A DNA stretch of 64,000 nt, taken from the NCBI GenBank assembly GCA_963757865.1, contig CAVWSU010000013.1, positions 410,904 to 474,903 on the forward strand. The letters run 5' to 3'. This document shows, in pieces, positions 39,450 through 50,228 of the stretch (its first letter is position 1; each line of letters starts with the position of its first letter). Below the pieces are notes generated by a model that searched no databases, was not told where the DNA came from, and saw only the letters and a list, made by a program, of their open reading frames with translations. This stretch comes from an uncultured Chloroflexia bacterium. Its GTDB lineage: Bacteria > Chloroflexota > Limnocylindria > Limnocylindrales > CSP1-4. Made by a program: the position numbers and the translations under genes.

Positions 39450-41965
39450 CGATCGCCGAGGCGTGGTGGGCGCGCGGCACGGACCCCCGGCCCGATCGGC
39501 AGGCATCCGGGCGGGGCGATAGCGCGGCCTCCACCGGCGCCGTCGCTGGCGACCCGGAGACCGTCCACGTGCCTCGTCTTCGCAGGGCCGTCGTGCTGGG
39601 GGCCGGGACGATGGGTGCCCAGGTGGCCTGCCTGCTCGCCGGCCGCGGCGTGGCCGTCGACCTGCTCGACCTCGACGCGACGACGGCGCGCTCCGGGCTG
39701 GACCGTGCGACGAAGCTGTCGCCCACGCCCCTGTACCTTCCCGAGGACGCCGATGCGATCCGACCGGCCGGGTTCGACAGGCTCGAGACCGCGGTCGAAG
39801 GTGCCGACTGGGTGCTGGAGGCCGTCGTCGAGCGGCTGGACGTCAAGCGCGATCTCCTCGCCCGGACTGCCGCCGCGCTCTCCCCCGAGGCGCTCCTGAG
39901 CACCAACACCTCGTCGCTGTCCGTGTCGGAGATGGCCGCGGTCCTGCCGCCGGGCGTGGCGGCGCGGTTCCTGGGCACCCACTTCTTCAACCCCCCCAGG
40001 TACGCCCGGCTGGTCGAGCTCGTGCCGGCGCCGGCGACCTCCGCGGACACGATTGCCCGGGCTCGGGCGATCTCCGCGGAGATCCTGGGCAAGGGCGTGG
40101 TCGCGGCGCGCGACGTCCCGGGTTTCATCGTCAACCGGCTGGGCACGCAGGCGTCTCTGGCGGCGATCCGGCTCGGCCGGGAGCTGGGGCTGGGGATCGA
40201 CGAGGTGGATGACCTCTCCGGACCGCTCGTCGGCCGGCCCAGGTCGGCCGTCTTCCGCACGATCGACCTGGTCGGCCTGGACGTGTTCGCGGCCGTCGTC
40301 GACAGCCTGGCGGCCGGCGTTCCGTCCGAGGACCCGGAGCGCGACCTGTTCGCCCTGCCCGCGGCGGTGCAGGCGATGCTCGCTCGCGGCATGCTCGGCA
40401 CGAAGTCCGGGTCCGGCTTCTACAGGAAGACGGGCGACGAGATCCTGGCCCTCGACCTGGAGACGCTCGAGTACCGGCCGCGCCGCCGCGTCCGCAGCGC
40501 CGCCGTCGAGGCCGCTCGCCAGCTGGACGACCCGGGCGCTCGCCTCGCCGCGCTGCTCGAGGCTCCCGAGTCGGACGTGCCGTCGACGTTCGTGAGGCGC
40601 AGCCTCGTCCGCGCCCTCTGGTACGCGGCCGCCGTGGCGCCGTCGATCGCGGGCTCCATCGCCGACGTGGACCGTGGGATGCGCTGGGGACTCGGATGGG
40701 AACGTGGGCCGTTCGAGACGTGGGACGCCATCGGCGGCGAGCGCATGGCCGGGCTGCTCGCACGCGACGGGCTCGCGGAGCCGCCCCTGGCCCGTGTCGC
40801 GCGGGAGGCGGGTGGCTTCTACGCCGACGACGGGACGCTCCAGCTCGGTTTCGACCCGGGTCCCACGGAGACGGGCGTGCCGGCGCCGGACATACACGCG
40901 CCCGCCACTGCCCTCGGCCCAGGCGCCACCGAACCCGGCCGCACCCCGGTTCCCCGGCTCCCGCGGGCGATCGAGCTGCACCGGGTGCGTGCCCGCAGCG
41001 GCGCGATCTCCGGCAACGGCGCCGCGAGCCTGCTCGAGGTGGACGGCGCCCTGGCGCTGGAGCTGCACGGGAAGCTCAACATCATCGGTCTCGACACGAT
41101 CGAGATGCTGGTGCGCGCCACCGACGCGGCCGAGGCCCGCGGGCTCCCGCTGGTGCTGGCCACGGACGCCGCCGACTTCTCGGCCGGCGCCAACGTCGCG
41201 CTCCTGCTCATGGAGGCCGAGGACGACGAGTGGGACGTCCTCGATCGCGTCACCCGCCGGTTCCAGGCCGCGATGCGCGGGCTCCGCCGCGCGAGCGTGC
41301 CCGTGGTCGTCGCGGTGCGCGGCCGGGTTCTGGGGGGCGGCGCCGAGATCGCCGTCGCCGGGGACCGGGTGCAGGCGGCCGCCGAGACCTACATGGGGTT
41401 CGTCGAGCTGGGGATGGGGCTGATCCCCGCCGGCGGCGGATCCACGGAGATGGCACGGCGCGCCGCGGCGCGCGACGCCGGCGGGACGTGGGGCGACGCG
41501 TTTCCGGCTTTCGCCCAGGCGTTCGAGGCGATCGCCACCGCGAGGGTCAGCTCGAGCGCGCAGGACGCCCGGCGGATCGGCCTGCTGCGTGCCGAGGACG
41601 GCATCAGCACGGACCCGGGCCGCGTCGTCGCCGACGCCCTGTCGGTCGCGCACACGCTTCTCGAGACCGGATACCGGCCGCCACTCGAGCGCCCGATCCG
41701 CGTGCTCGGCCGGCGCGGGATCGCCGCGGCCGAATCGCTCACCCACAACCAGCTGGCCGGCGGGTACATCAGCGCGTACGACCGCGAGCTGGCGGTGTCG
41801 CTGGCGCGCGTGATGTGCGGAGGCGACGTGGCCGAGGGAACCGAGGTCGGCCCGGACCACCTGCTCGACCTGGAGCGCGAGACGTTCCTGCGGCTGCTCG
41901 GCCAGCCGAAGACCCGGGACCGGATCAGGCATTTCCTCCGGGCCGGCAAGCCGCTGCGGAACTGA
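39446..41965 (+). CDS. 3-hydroxyacyl-CoA dehydrogenase/enoyl-CoA hydratase (FadN-like)
   Basis: LGAGTMG, EAVVE, STNTS, GTHFFNPPRY, FSAGAN, GGGAE, GFVELGMGLIPAGGG, GKPLRN. Confidence 0.93.
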   Translation: MTIAEAWWARGTDPRPDRQASGRGDSAASTGAVAGDPETVHVPRLRRAVVLGAGTMGAQVACLLAGRGVAVDLLDLDATTARSGLDRATKLSPTPLYLPEDADAIRPAGFDRLETAVEGADWVLEAVVERLDVKRDLLARTAAALSPEALLSTNTSSLSVSEMAAVLPPGVAARFLGTHFFNPPRYARLVELVPAPATSADTIARARAISAEILGKGVVAARDVPGFIVNRLGTQASLAAIRLGRELGLGIDEVDDLSGPLVGRPRSAVFRTIDLVGLDVFAAVVDSLAAGVPSEDPERDLFALPAAVQAMLARGMLGTKSGSGFYRKTGDEILALDLETLEYRPRRRVRSAAVEAARQLDDPGARLAALLEAPESDVPSTFVRRSLVRALWYAAAVAPSIAGSIADVDRGMRWGLGWERGPFETWDAIGGERMAGLLARDGLAEPPLARVAREAGGFYADDGTLQLGFDPGPTETGVPAPDIHAPATALGPGATEPGRTPVPRLPRAIELHRVRARSGAISGNGAASLLEVDGALALELHGKLNIIGLDTIEMLVRATDAAEARGLPLVLATDAADFSAGANVALLLMEAEDDEWDVLDRVTRRFQAAMRGLRRASVPVVVAVRGRVLGGGAEIAVAGDRVQAAAETYMGFVELGMGLIPAGGGSTEMARRAAARDAGGTWGDAFPAFAQAFEAIATARVSSSAQDARRIGLLRAEDGISTDPGRVVADALSVAHTLLETGYRPPLERPIRVLGRRGIAAAESLTHNQLAGGYISAYDRELAVSLARVMCGGDVAEGTEVGPDHLLDLERETFLRLLGQPKTRDRIRHFLRAGKPLRN

Positions 41966-41975
41966 GGTGCGAATC

Positions 41976-43283
41976 ATGCGCGACGCCGTGATCGTGAGCG
42001 CCGTCCGGACCGCGGTGGGTCGTGCGCCGCGGGGCGCGCTCCGCGAGACCCGCTCCGACGACCTGGCAGCGGCTGCCATCCGCGAGGCCCTGGCGCGCGT
42101 CCCGTCGCTCGATCCGGCCGACGTCGAGGACGTCGTGCTCGGTTGCGCCATGCCGGAGGGCGAGCAGGGGCTGAACGCCGCACGTCCGGTCGCGCTGGCC
42201 GCCGGCCTCCCCGTCGGCGTATCGGCCATGGTCGTCAACCGCTTCTGCGCGTCCGGCCTCCAGGCCCTCGCCATCGCCAGCCAGTCGGTCGCCTCCGGGC
42301 AGGCGGACGTCGTGGTCGCCGGCGGGATGGAGTCGATGAGCGCCGTCCCCATGACCGGCCACCACTTCGCGCCCAATCCCGCGCTCTCGGCCGCGTGGCC
42401 CGACGTCTACCTGTCGATGGGGCTGACCGCCGAGGAGGTCGCGCGTCGCTACGCGGTCTCGCGCGAGGAGCAGGACGCGTGGGCCCTGCGCTCGCACCTG
42501 CGTGCGGCCGAGGCACAGGATGGCGGCTGCTTCGTCGACGAGGTCGTGCCCGTCACGGCTCGGCGGACCGGCGTGCGTGACGGCCGTCCGTCGGTCGAGG
42601 CCGCGGAGTTCTCGGCCGACGAGGGGATCCGCCGGGACACCGATGCGGACGCCCTGGCGGCCCTGCGGCCGGCGTTCGCCCGGGGCGGGTCGGTCACGGC
42701 CGGCAACAGCTCGCAGATGAGCGACGGTGCCGCGGCGCTCGTGGTGATGAGCGGCGAACGGGCGGCGGCACTCGGGATCCGGCCCATCGCACGTCTGGTG
42801 GCGTTCGCGACCGCCGGTGTCTCGCCCGAGGTCATGGGGATCGGTCCCGTCGTGGCCGTCCCGCGCGCGCTCCGGCAGGCCGGGCTCACGCTCGCCGACA
42901 TCGACCTGATCGAGCTCAACGAGGCGTTCGCGGCCCAGGTCGTCGCCGTGGTCCGGGAGCTGGGACTCGACGAGCAGCGCACCAACGTCAACGGCGGCGC
43001 CATCGCGCTGGGCCATCCGCTCGGGGCGACGGGCGCCAAGCTCGCGACGCAGATCATCCACGAGCTGGCCCGCCGAGACGGACGGTACGGCCTCGTCACG
43101 ATGTGTGTCGGTGGCGGCCAGGGAGCGGCCGGAATCCTCGAGCGGCTGGACGGCGATCCGCTCGGGCAGGCGGCGGCCAGGCGGCGCGAGATCGCCGCGC
43201 AGGCCACAGTCCGGGCGGAAGGCACCGCCCCGGGCGTTGGCACTGGCGCAGCCGGATCGGCGGCAGGGGAGGCGGCGGCATGA
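41976..43283 (+). CDS. Acetyl-CoA C-acyltransferase (thiolase)
   Basis: NRFCASG, TAGNSSQMSDGAAA, NEAFA, GHPLGATG, MCVGGGQG. Confidence 0.95.
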   Translation: MRDAVIVSAVRTAVGRAPRGALRETRSDDLAAAAIREALARVPSLDPADVEDVVLGCAMPEGEQGLNAARPVALAAGLPVGVSAMVVNRFCASGLQALAIASQSVASGQADVVVAGGMESMSAVPMTGHHFAPNPALSAAWPDVYLSMGLTAEEVARRYAVSREEQDAWALRSHLRAAEAQDGGCFVDEVVPVTARRTGVRDGRPSVEAAEFSADEGIRRDTDADALAALRPAFARGGSVTAGNSSQMSDGAAALVVMSGERAAALGIRPIARLVAFATAGVSPEVMGIGPVVAVPRALRQAGLTLADIDLIELNEAFAAQVVAVVRELGLDEQRTNVNGGAIALGHPLGATGAKLATQIIHELARRDGRYGLVTMCVGGGQGAAGILERLDGDPLGQAAARRREIAAQATVRAEGTAPGVGTGAAGSAAGEAAA

Positions 43284-45145
43284 GCTGGACGCGGGCGCGG
43301 ATGGCGGCGGCAGGAGACACGACTGCGATCGCGTCCGGGCCCGGGCCGCAGCCCGAGGGAAACGTGGCGTCCGGACCCGGGTCCCGGCCCGAGACAGACA
43401 TGGTGGCCGGCACCCACGTGCCCGGCGGCGGTTTCGTCGTGCAGGCGGCGAGTCCGGACGACGTGTTCACGCCCGAGCGGGTCGACGACATGCAGCGGGC
43501 GATCCGCGACGCGGTGGCCGAGTTCGTGGAACGCGAGGTGACCCCCCGCCGCGACGCGATCGAGGCGCGCGACTACGCGACACACCGCGCGCTCCTGCGG
43601 GAGCTCGGCGCTCAGGGTTACCTCGGCGTGGACGTGCCCGAGACCTACGGCGGGGCGGGCCTGGACAAGGTGACGTCGCTGCTCGTCAGCGAGGGCCTGG
43701 CCGGCGCGGGCAGCTTCGCCGTGACCTACGGGGCCCACGTGGGGATCGGCACTCTGCCGCTCGTGTTCTTCGGCACGGAGGCACAGCGCCGTCGCTGGCT
43801 CCCCGGCCTCGCCGACGGGTCCGTCGTCGCCGCGTATGCGCTCACGGAGCCGGGCGCCGGATCGGACGCCCAGGGCATCCGCACGCGGGCCGACCCGACA
43901 CCGGACGGCAGCCAGTACGTGCTCAACGGCAGCAAGCAGTTCATCACCAACGCGGGCTTCGCCGACCTGTTCACGATCTACGCCAAGGTCGACGGCGAGC
44001 GGTTCACCGCGTTCCTCGTGCCGCGGGACACCCCGGGCCTGACCGTCGAGGCCGAGGAGCACAAGCTGGGGGTGCGCGGGTCGTCGACCTGCGCGGTCAC
44101 GCTGACCGACGCGCGCGTCCCCGCCGGGAACGTGCTCGGCGAGGTGGGCCGTGGCCACATCGTGGCGTTCAACGTGCTGAACGTCGGGCGCTTCAAGCTG
44201 GCCGCGGGGTGCCTGGGCGGCATGCGCCCGGCGATCGACCGCGCCATCGCGTACGCGGCGGACCGGCGCCTGTTCGGCCGCCGGCTCCTGGACATGCCGC
44301 TCACGGCGGAGCGCATCGCCACGATGGCCGAGCGCACGTTCGCCGTCGAGTCGGTGACGTACCGCAGCGCCGGCCTCATCGACGGGCTCCTGGAGGGCGC
44401 GCACGGCGACCCGGACCGCGAGCGAGGGGCGCTCGAGGAGTACGCCGTCGAGTGCTCCATCGCGAAGGTGCTGGCGTCGGACGGGCTGATCGCCGTCGTC
44501 GACGACCTGCTGCAGCTGATGGGCGGCTACGGGTACGTCGAGGAGTCCGGCGTGGCGGGCATGTACCGCGACGCGCGGATCCACCAGATCTGGGAGGGCA
44601 CGAACGAGGTCAACCGGCTGCTCGTGCCGGGCATGCTCCTGCGCCGGGCGATGCGCGGCCGGCTCGACCTCCTTGGACCGGCGCGGCGGGCGGCCGATTC
44701 CCTGCTGTCGCCCGAACCGCCCGTGGAGGACGGCGGCCCGCTCGACGAGGAGCTCCGGCAGGTGCGGGCGATGCGCACGGCGCTCCTGGTCGCGGCCGGT
44801 GCGGCGGTCCAGCGGTTCGGCGACCGCCTCGAGGACGAACAGGAGGTCCTCTACAGGCTCGCCGATCTCGCGATCGCGCTGTTCGCCGCCGAGTCGTCCG
44901 TGCTGCGGGCCCGGCGCTCGGGGGACGCGTTGCAGGCGGATCTCGCCCGACTGGTCGTCGCGTCGTCGATGACGGATGTCGAGCGAAACGCCGGCGAGGT
45001 GGCCGCCAGAGTCCAGGAGGGCGACGACCGACGGATGATGCTGGCCGGCCTGCGCCGGCTCATGCGCCGCGAACCCCTGGATGTCGTGGCGCTGCGCCGC
45101 GGCGTCGCGGCGGCGCTCGTCGCTCGAGGTGGCTATCGGGTGTAG
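43280..45145 (+). CDS. Acyl-CoA dehydrogenase (long FadE type; start may be 43400)
   Basis: YALTEPGAGSD, LNGSKQFITN, LNVGRF, GGYGY, RIHQIWEGTNEVNR. Confidence 0.94.
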   Translation: MSWTRARMAAAGDTTAIASGPGPQPEGNVASGPGSRPETDMVAGTHVPGGGFVVQAASPDDVFTPERVDDMQRAIRDAVAEFVEREVTPRRDAIEARDYATHRALLRELGAQGYLGVDVPETYGGAGLDKVTSLLVSEGLAGAGSFAVTYGAHVGIGTLPLVFFGTEAQRRRWLPGLADGSVVAAYALTEPGAGSDAQGIRTRADPTPDGSQYVLNGSKQFITNAGFADLFTIYAKVDGERFTAFLVPRDTPGLTVEAEEHKLGVRGSSTCAVTLTDARVPAGNVLGEVGRGHIVAFNVLNVGRFKLAAGCLGGMRPAIDRAIAYAADRRLFGRRLLDMPLTAERIATMAERTFAVESVTYRSAGLIDGLLEGAHGDPDRERGALEEYAVECSIAKVLASDGLIAVVDDLLQLMGGYGYVEESGVAGMYRDARIHQIWEGTNEVNRLLVPGMLLRRAMRGRLDLLGPARRAADSLLSPEPPVEDGGPLDEELRQVRAMRTALLVAAGAAVQRFGDRLEDEQEVLYRLADLAIALFAAESSVLRARRSGDALQADLARLVVASSMTDVERNAGEVAARVQEGDDRRMMLAGLRRLMRREPLDVVALRRGVAAALVARGGYRV

Positions 45146-45187
45146 CCGTTCGCCCTGCCGGCGGCCGGGCGGACGAGGGAGGCCAGG

Positions 45188-46861
45188 ATGGCGACGGTGG
45201 CCATGCGGTCGAGGCCCTGGGTTGCGCACTACGACGAAGGAGTCCCGGCGGAGGTCGAGATCCCGGACATCCCCCTGGACGACCTCCTGCGTCAGGCGGC
45301 GCGGCGCTGGCCGGCATCGATCGCCCTGACCTTCTATGGGCGGCACACGACGTTCGCCGAGCTCGATCGTCGGGTCGACCGGATGGCGCGCGCCCTGCGC
45401 GGTCTGGGGGTCGAGCGTGGGGACGTCGTCAGCCTCCACCTGCCGACGATGCCTGCCTTCGTGCTCGCCTTCTACGGCCTCGTGCGGGCCGGCGCCGTCG
45501 GGCTGCCGATGAACCCGCTGTACGTCTCACGCGAGATCGTCGAGCTGTTCCGCATCGGGCGGCCCCGCGCATCGATCTCCCTCGACCTGGTGGCGCCCCG
45601 GGTGACGGCGGCGCGGGCGGAATCCGGCATGGATGGACCCGTGATCACCGTAGGGATCGCCGAGCAGCTGCCGCCGCTGAAATCGCTCCTGTACCCCTTC
45701 AAGGCCAGGCGCGAAGGCCGATGGCACCCGGTCCCGGACACGCCGGCCACCCCGCACCTCGCGCGCCTCGTGGACGAGGCGGCGCCCGGCCCCTTCGCCT
45801 CCGATTCCGGGGCCGAGGACGTGGCCGTGCTCCAGCCGACCGGCGGCACCACGGGCACCCCCAAGGCCGCGATGCTCACGCATCGGAACCTCGTCGCGGA
45901 TGCGATGCAGGTGGCCGCCTGGTTCCCGCGAGCCCGGCCGGGAGACGCGATCCTCGGCGCGCTGCCGTACTTCCACATCTACGGCATGACGGTGGCGATG
46001 AACACGGCCTTCGTGCAGGGCCTGCGACAGGTGCTGCTGCCCCGCCCCGAGACGACGGAGATGCTCGACGCGATCTGCCACGAGCGGCCGCGGATGTTCC
46101 CGGCCGTCCCCGCCATGTACCAGGCCATCTCGGTGCATCCCCGGGCGAAGACGCTCGACCTGACATCGATCGACGCGTGCATCAGCGGAGGTGCCCCCCT
46201 GCCGGGTGACGTGCAGCGGCGGTTCGAGGAGGTCACCCGCGGGCGAGTCGCGGAGGGGTACGGCCTCTCCGAGGCAAGCCCGGTGACCCACTGCAATCCG
46301 CTCTACGGCGACCGGCGGGCGGGAACCATCGGCGTCCCGTTCCCCTCCACCGACGCGATGGTGGTCTCGCTCGCGGACGGCCGCGAGGTCGGAACGGGAG
46401 AGGAGGGGGAGCTGCTGGTCCGGGGTCCCCAGGTCATGAAGGGCTACTACCGGAACCCGGAAGAGACCGCGCTCGTCCTCCTCCAGGACGGCTGGCTGCG
46501 CACCGGCGACATCGCCGTCCGCGACGAGGACGGGTACTTCAGGATCGTCGACCGAAAGAAGGACGTCATCATCGTGGGCGGCATCAACGTCTGGCCGCGC
46601 GAAGTCGAGGAGGTGCTGCACGAGCATCCCCTGATCGCCGACGCGGCGGTCATCGGCGTGCCGCACGAGCGTCTTGGGGAGGTGCCCAAGGCCTTCGTCG
46701 TGCCGGTACCGGAGTCGCTGTTGACGGTCGAGATGGTCGTGGAGCACTGCAGGGCGAACCTCGCCGGCCACAAGGTGCCGCGCCAGGTCGAGTTCGTCGC
46801 CGAGCTCCCGAGGAGCGGTGTCGGGAAGGTGCTCCGGCGCCGCCTGCGCGCCGCGGAGTAG
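45188..46861 (+). CDS. Long-chain fatty-acid--CoA ligase
   Basis: TGGTTGTPKA, EGYGLSEASP, LRTGD, DRKKD, LPRSGVGK. Confidence 0.94.
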   Translation: MATVAMRSRPWVAHYDEGVPAEVEIPDIPLDDLLRQAARRWPASIALTFYGRHTTFAELDRRVDRMARALRGLGVERGDVVSLHLPTMPAFVLAFYGLVRAGAVGLPMNPLYVSREIVELFRIGRPRASISLDLVAPRVTAARAESGMDGPVITVGIAEQLPPLKSLLYPFKARREGRWHPVPDTPATPHLARLVDEAAPGPFASDSGAEDVAVLQPTGGTTGTPKAAMLTHRNLVADAMQVAAWFPRARPGDAILGALPYFHIYGMTVAMNTAFVQGLRQVLLPRPETTEMLDAICHERPRMFPAVPAMYQAISVHPRAKTLDLTSIDACISGGAPLPGDVQRRFEEVTRGRVAEGYGLSEASPVTHCNPLYGDRRAGTIGVPFPSTDAMVVSLADGREVGTGEEGELLVRGPQVMKGYYRNPEETALVLLQDGWLRTGDIAVRDEDGYFRIVDRKKDVIIVGGINVWPREVEEVLHEHPLIADAAVIGVPHERLGEVPKAFVVPVPESLLTVEMVVEHCRANLAGHKVPRQVEFVAELPRSGVGKVLRRRLRAAE

Positions 46862-46885
46862 ACTGCCCGGACAACTCCAGAACAG

Positions 46886-47020
46886 GACCGCGGGATCCGC
46901 GAAGCCGGTGTGAATCCGGCACAGTCCCGCTACGGTGACCAGCCACGCGGCCCTTCGGGCCGCGGCTGGAAGTCCGGTCGCCGGACCCGCGGTCGTGCTC
47001 CAACCTTCGTGAGAAAGGGA
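46886..47020 (+). promoter_or_regulatory. Cobalamin riboswitch (short variant)
   Basis: GAAgccggTGTGAATccggcACAGTCCCGCTACGGTGA core and GAAGTCCG B12-box-like segment. Closing stem gaccgcggg/cccgcggtc, then a ccttcgtgagaaaggg hairpin at the RBS. Upstream of a BtuFCD-like ABC importer. Confidence 0.85.
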
Positions 47021-47027
47021 AGGCACC

Positions 47028-48225
47028 GTGAACCGCGCTCGCTCCGGCCCGCTCCCCCCGTTCCCCGCACCCACCCGGTTGTTCGCCCGGGCCGTCGCGC
47101 CCGCCGTGGCGTTGCTGCTGGTCCTGGGAGGATGTTCCGCCGGCCCTGCGGCACCGTCGGCCGGCGCGTCTGAGCCGGCCTCCTCCGGCCTTGCCGCCTC
47201 CGGCACCGGCGCACCCACCGCCGAGGCGTCGGGCTCCAGCGCATCGGGCCCCGTCGCGTCCGCCACCGGGTCGTCCGCCGCCGGCTCACCCATCGCCCCG
47301 TCGTATCCCCCTGACCGTGCGTGACGACGAGGGGACCACGGTCACCATCGCCCGCGCCCCGGAGCGGATCATCAGCCTCGCACCGTCGGTCACCGAGACG
47401 CTCTTCGCGCTCGGCGAGGGCAGCCGCATCGTCGGGGTCACCACCTCCGACGATTACCCGCCCGCCGCGACGTCGCTCCCCCAGGTCGCGAGCTACTCGG
47501 GGGTCGAGATGGAGAAGGTGGTCGCCGCGCGGCCCGACCTCGTGATCGCCTGGAAGGGCATCACGTCGGTGAGCGACATCGCACGGCTGCGCTCACTCGG
47601 CTACCCGGTCGTCGTGCTGTACGCGACGACGCTGCCCGCCGTGTTCGCGGACATCGTGCTCGTGGGCGACGCGACGGGCGAGGCAGGCCCCGCGACGGCC
47701 CTGGCAGGGCAGCTGTCGGCCGAAGCCTCTGCGATCACCGCGGCCGTCGCCGTCGAGCCCAGGCCTCGCGTGTTCTACGAGCTGGATGCGACGAAGTCGA
47801 TCTACACGCCTGCCCCCGACGACTTCACGACCGACATGATCCGGCGCGCGGGCGGCGATCCCATCACGAGCGGCGTCGCGGGCGTGTACTCGATCTCCCT
47901 CGAGCGCCTGGTGGCTGCCGACCCGCAGGTGATCGTGCTCGGCGATGCCAGCTACGGAACGACGGCGTCGATCGTCGCGGCGCGACCGGGGTGGGCCGGC
48001 ATGACCGCCATACGGGATCACGCCGTCCGCCCCGTGGACGACACGATCGTGACCAGGCCCGGGCCGCGAATCGTCGAGGGGCTTGCCGCGCTCGCCCGGG
48101 CGATCCATCCGGGCGTGGCGCTCCCGTCCCTTGCGCCGGCCGCATCGGCGGTGGCCATCGCGCCCGCGTCGTCCGCGCCGTCGTCCCTCGCGGCGGCGGG
48201 GGCGGTCGCCTCGGCGGCGCCCTGA
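47028..48225 (+). CDS. BtuF-like corrinoid/siderophore ABC substrate-binding lipoprotein, apparent +1 frameshift at about 47310
   Basis: Signal peptide and lipobox (VLGGC) in one frame. LTVRDDEG, PERIISLAPSVTE, PDLVI and RPGPR in the next. Break lies in a C5 run. Confidence 0.88.
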
Positions 48226-49319
48226 TGGTCGCCCGCTCGGGGACGCTCTCCGCGATCTCGCCGGCTGCGGCGGAGGCGGCGGCGTTCCTGGCCCGTTCCC
48301 GGAGCCGATCGCTGGCGCTGGGCGCGCTCGGCGTGGTCGTTCTTCTCGTCGTGCTGGTGGCCGGTGTCGGCCTCGGCGAGGTCGTGATCCGGCCGGCCGA
48401 CACGATCGCGATCCTCGCCCACCGCCTGCTCGGCTGGCCGGTCGCCCATGCGTGGAGCTCGGCCGACGAGACGATCGTCATGCAGCTGCGCCTGCCGCGC
48501 GTGCTGGCCGCGATGGCCGTGGGGGCGTCGCTGGCGCTGGCCGGCACCGCGCTCCAGGGGCTGCTCCGCAACCCGCTCGCGGATCCGTACGTCCTCGGCA
48601 CGGCGAGTGGAGCGGCGCTGGGCGCGGCGGTGGGTGTCCTCATCCCGGTGCGGGGCCTGATCCTCGGATTCGGCCTCCTGCAGGGCCTCGCGTTCGCCGG
48701 GGCGCTGGGAGCCGTCATCGTGGTGTACCGCGTGTCGCGAACGGGCCAGCTCGCGTCCATGACCGGGGTCCTGCTGACCGGGTACGCCGTGAGCTCCCTG
48801 CTGGCCGCCGGCCTCGCCGTCACGATGTGGCTGTCCGGCGACAACCTGCGGCAGATCTTCTTCTTCATGCTCGGCGGATTCGACGCCGTGGCCTGGCCGC
48901 AGCTCGCGGCGGCCCTCCCGGCGATGCTGCTCGGCGGTGCGCTGCTGGCCACGCGCGGACGGGCACTCAACGCCCTGCTGCTCGGCGAGGAGACGGCGGG
49001 CGACCTCGGGCTCGACGTCCCGCGGCAACGCATGCTGCTGCTGGCGGCGGCGTCGCTGGTGACCGCGGCGTCCGTCGCCATCGCCGGGCTGATCGGCTTC
49101 GTCGGGCTCGTCGTGCCGCACGTCGTGCGCCTCGTCGTGGGCCCGGACGGCCGCGCCGTGCTGCCGCTCTCGGCCATCTGGGGGGCCGCGTTCCTCGCGG
49201 CGTGCGATCTGCTGGCGAGGATCCCGGGCGACGTGCCGGTGGGCGTCGTGACGGCCCTCGTGGGCGCCCCGTTCTTCCTCTGGATCCTCCGCCGCTCGCG
49301 GTCGGGGTACGAGCTGTGA
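48225..49319 (+). CDS. FecCD/BtuC-family ABC permease
   Basis: LRLPR, QGLLRNPLADP..LG, IGFVGLVVPH, VGVVTALVGAPFF. Confidence 0.94.
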   Translation: MVARSGTLSAISPAAAEAAAFLARSRSRSLALGALGVVVLLVVLVAGVGLGEVVIRPADTIAILAHRLLGWPVAHAWSSADETIVMQLRLPRVLAAMAVGASLALAGTALQGLLRNPLADPYVLGTASGAALGAAVGVLIPVRGLILGFGLLQGLAFAGALGAVIVVYRVSRTGQLASMTGVLLTGYAVSSLLAAGLAVTMWLSGDNLRQIFFFMLGGFDAVAWPQLAAALPAMLLGGALLATRGRALNALLLGEETAGDLGLDVPRQRMLLLAAASLVTAASVAIAGLIGFVGLVVPHVVRLVVGPDGRAVLPLSAIWGAAFLAACDLLARIPGDVPVGVVTALVGAPFFLWILRRSRSGYEL

Positions 49320-50194
49320 ACGCGATCGCGTCCACCGCCCACGGCGGAACCGGGATCGAGCTCCGGGACGTCCGGGCTGCGTACCGGGGTCGCGAGGTCC
49401 TGCACGGAATCGACCTCACCGTCCGACCGGGCGAGCGGGTGGCCCTGATCGGCCCCAACGGCGCCGGGAAGTCGACGCTGCTCCGTTGCGTCACGGGGAC
49501 CGCGCGGGAGCGTTCGGGCGTCGCGCTGCTCGGTGGCGTCCCGGTCCAGGCGCTGACGCGGCAGGCGGTGGCGCGGCGCGTGGCCGTCGTCCCGCAGCAG
49601 GCCACCGTCCCCTTTGCCATGCGCGTGGAGCAGCTCGTGGCGCTCGGCCGGATCCCGCACGAGCACCCGCTGCTCGGGCTCCGGGATATCGATCGCGTGG
49701 CCGTCGCCCTCGCCATCGAGCGTGTCGGGCTGACCGGTCTCGTCGGCCGTGACGCGCGCGAGCTCTCGCAGGGTGAACGGCAGCTCGCCCTGCTCGCGAT
49801 GGCCGTCGCGCAGGAGACGCCCTGTCTTCTCCTGGACGAGCCGACCGTCCACCTCGACCTGCGCCACCAGGTTGCGACGATGGAGCTCCTCGCGGAGCTC
49901 AACGAGCGGGAGGGTGTGACGGTGATCGCGGTCCTCCACGACGTCGCCCTGGCGGCCCACTTCTTCCCCCGGCTCGTCGTGCTCGACGGCGGTCGGGTCG
50001 TGGCGGACGGGGATGCCTCGGTCGCGCTCGCGCCGGACCTCGTCCGTGGCGTCTTCGGGGTCGACCCGTCGCTCGTGGCTCGCGCCGCTCCCGCCACGGC
50101 GGCCGCGGACGACCCCTGGCAGGTGGGCGCCGCGCGGGCCCCCGCCGCAAGGCCGGCCGCGGCGCCGGGAGATGCCACGAGCCCGCCGATTTGA
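49316..50194 (+). CDS. BtuD/FepC-family ABC ATPase
   Basis: GPNGAGKST, LSQGERQ, LLDEPT, VLHD. Confidence 0.93.
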   Translation: MNAIASTAHGGTGIELRDVRAAYRGREVLHGIDLTVRPGERVALIGPNGAGKSTLLRCVTGTARERSGVALLGGVPVQALTRQAVARRVAVVPQQATVPFAMRVEQLVALGRIPHEHPLLGLRDIDRVAVALAIERVGLTGLVGRDARELSQGERQLALLAMAVAQETPCLLLDEPTVHLDLRHQVATMELLAELNEREGVTVIAVLHDVALAAHFFPRLVVLDGGRVVADGDASVALAPDLVRGVFGVDPSLVARAAPATAAADDPWQVGAARAPAARPAAAPGDATSPPI

Positions 50195-50228
50195 CCGGGA
50201 CGCATCCTCGACGCTAGGCTCGCATGCG

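Noticed and set aside
47307-47311. Phase variation or programmed frameshifting in btuF-like and ptsI genes
   Set aside because: The runs are only 3-5 nt, and similar +1 breaks are scattered through unrelated genes, which fits consensus error better.
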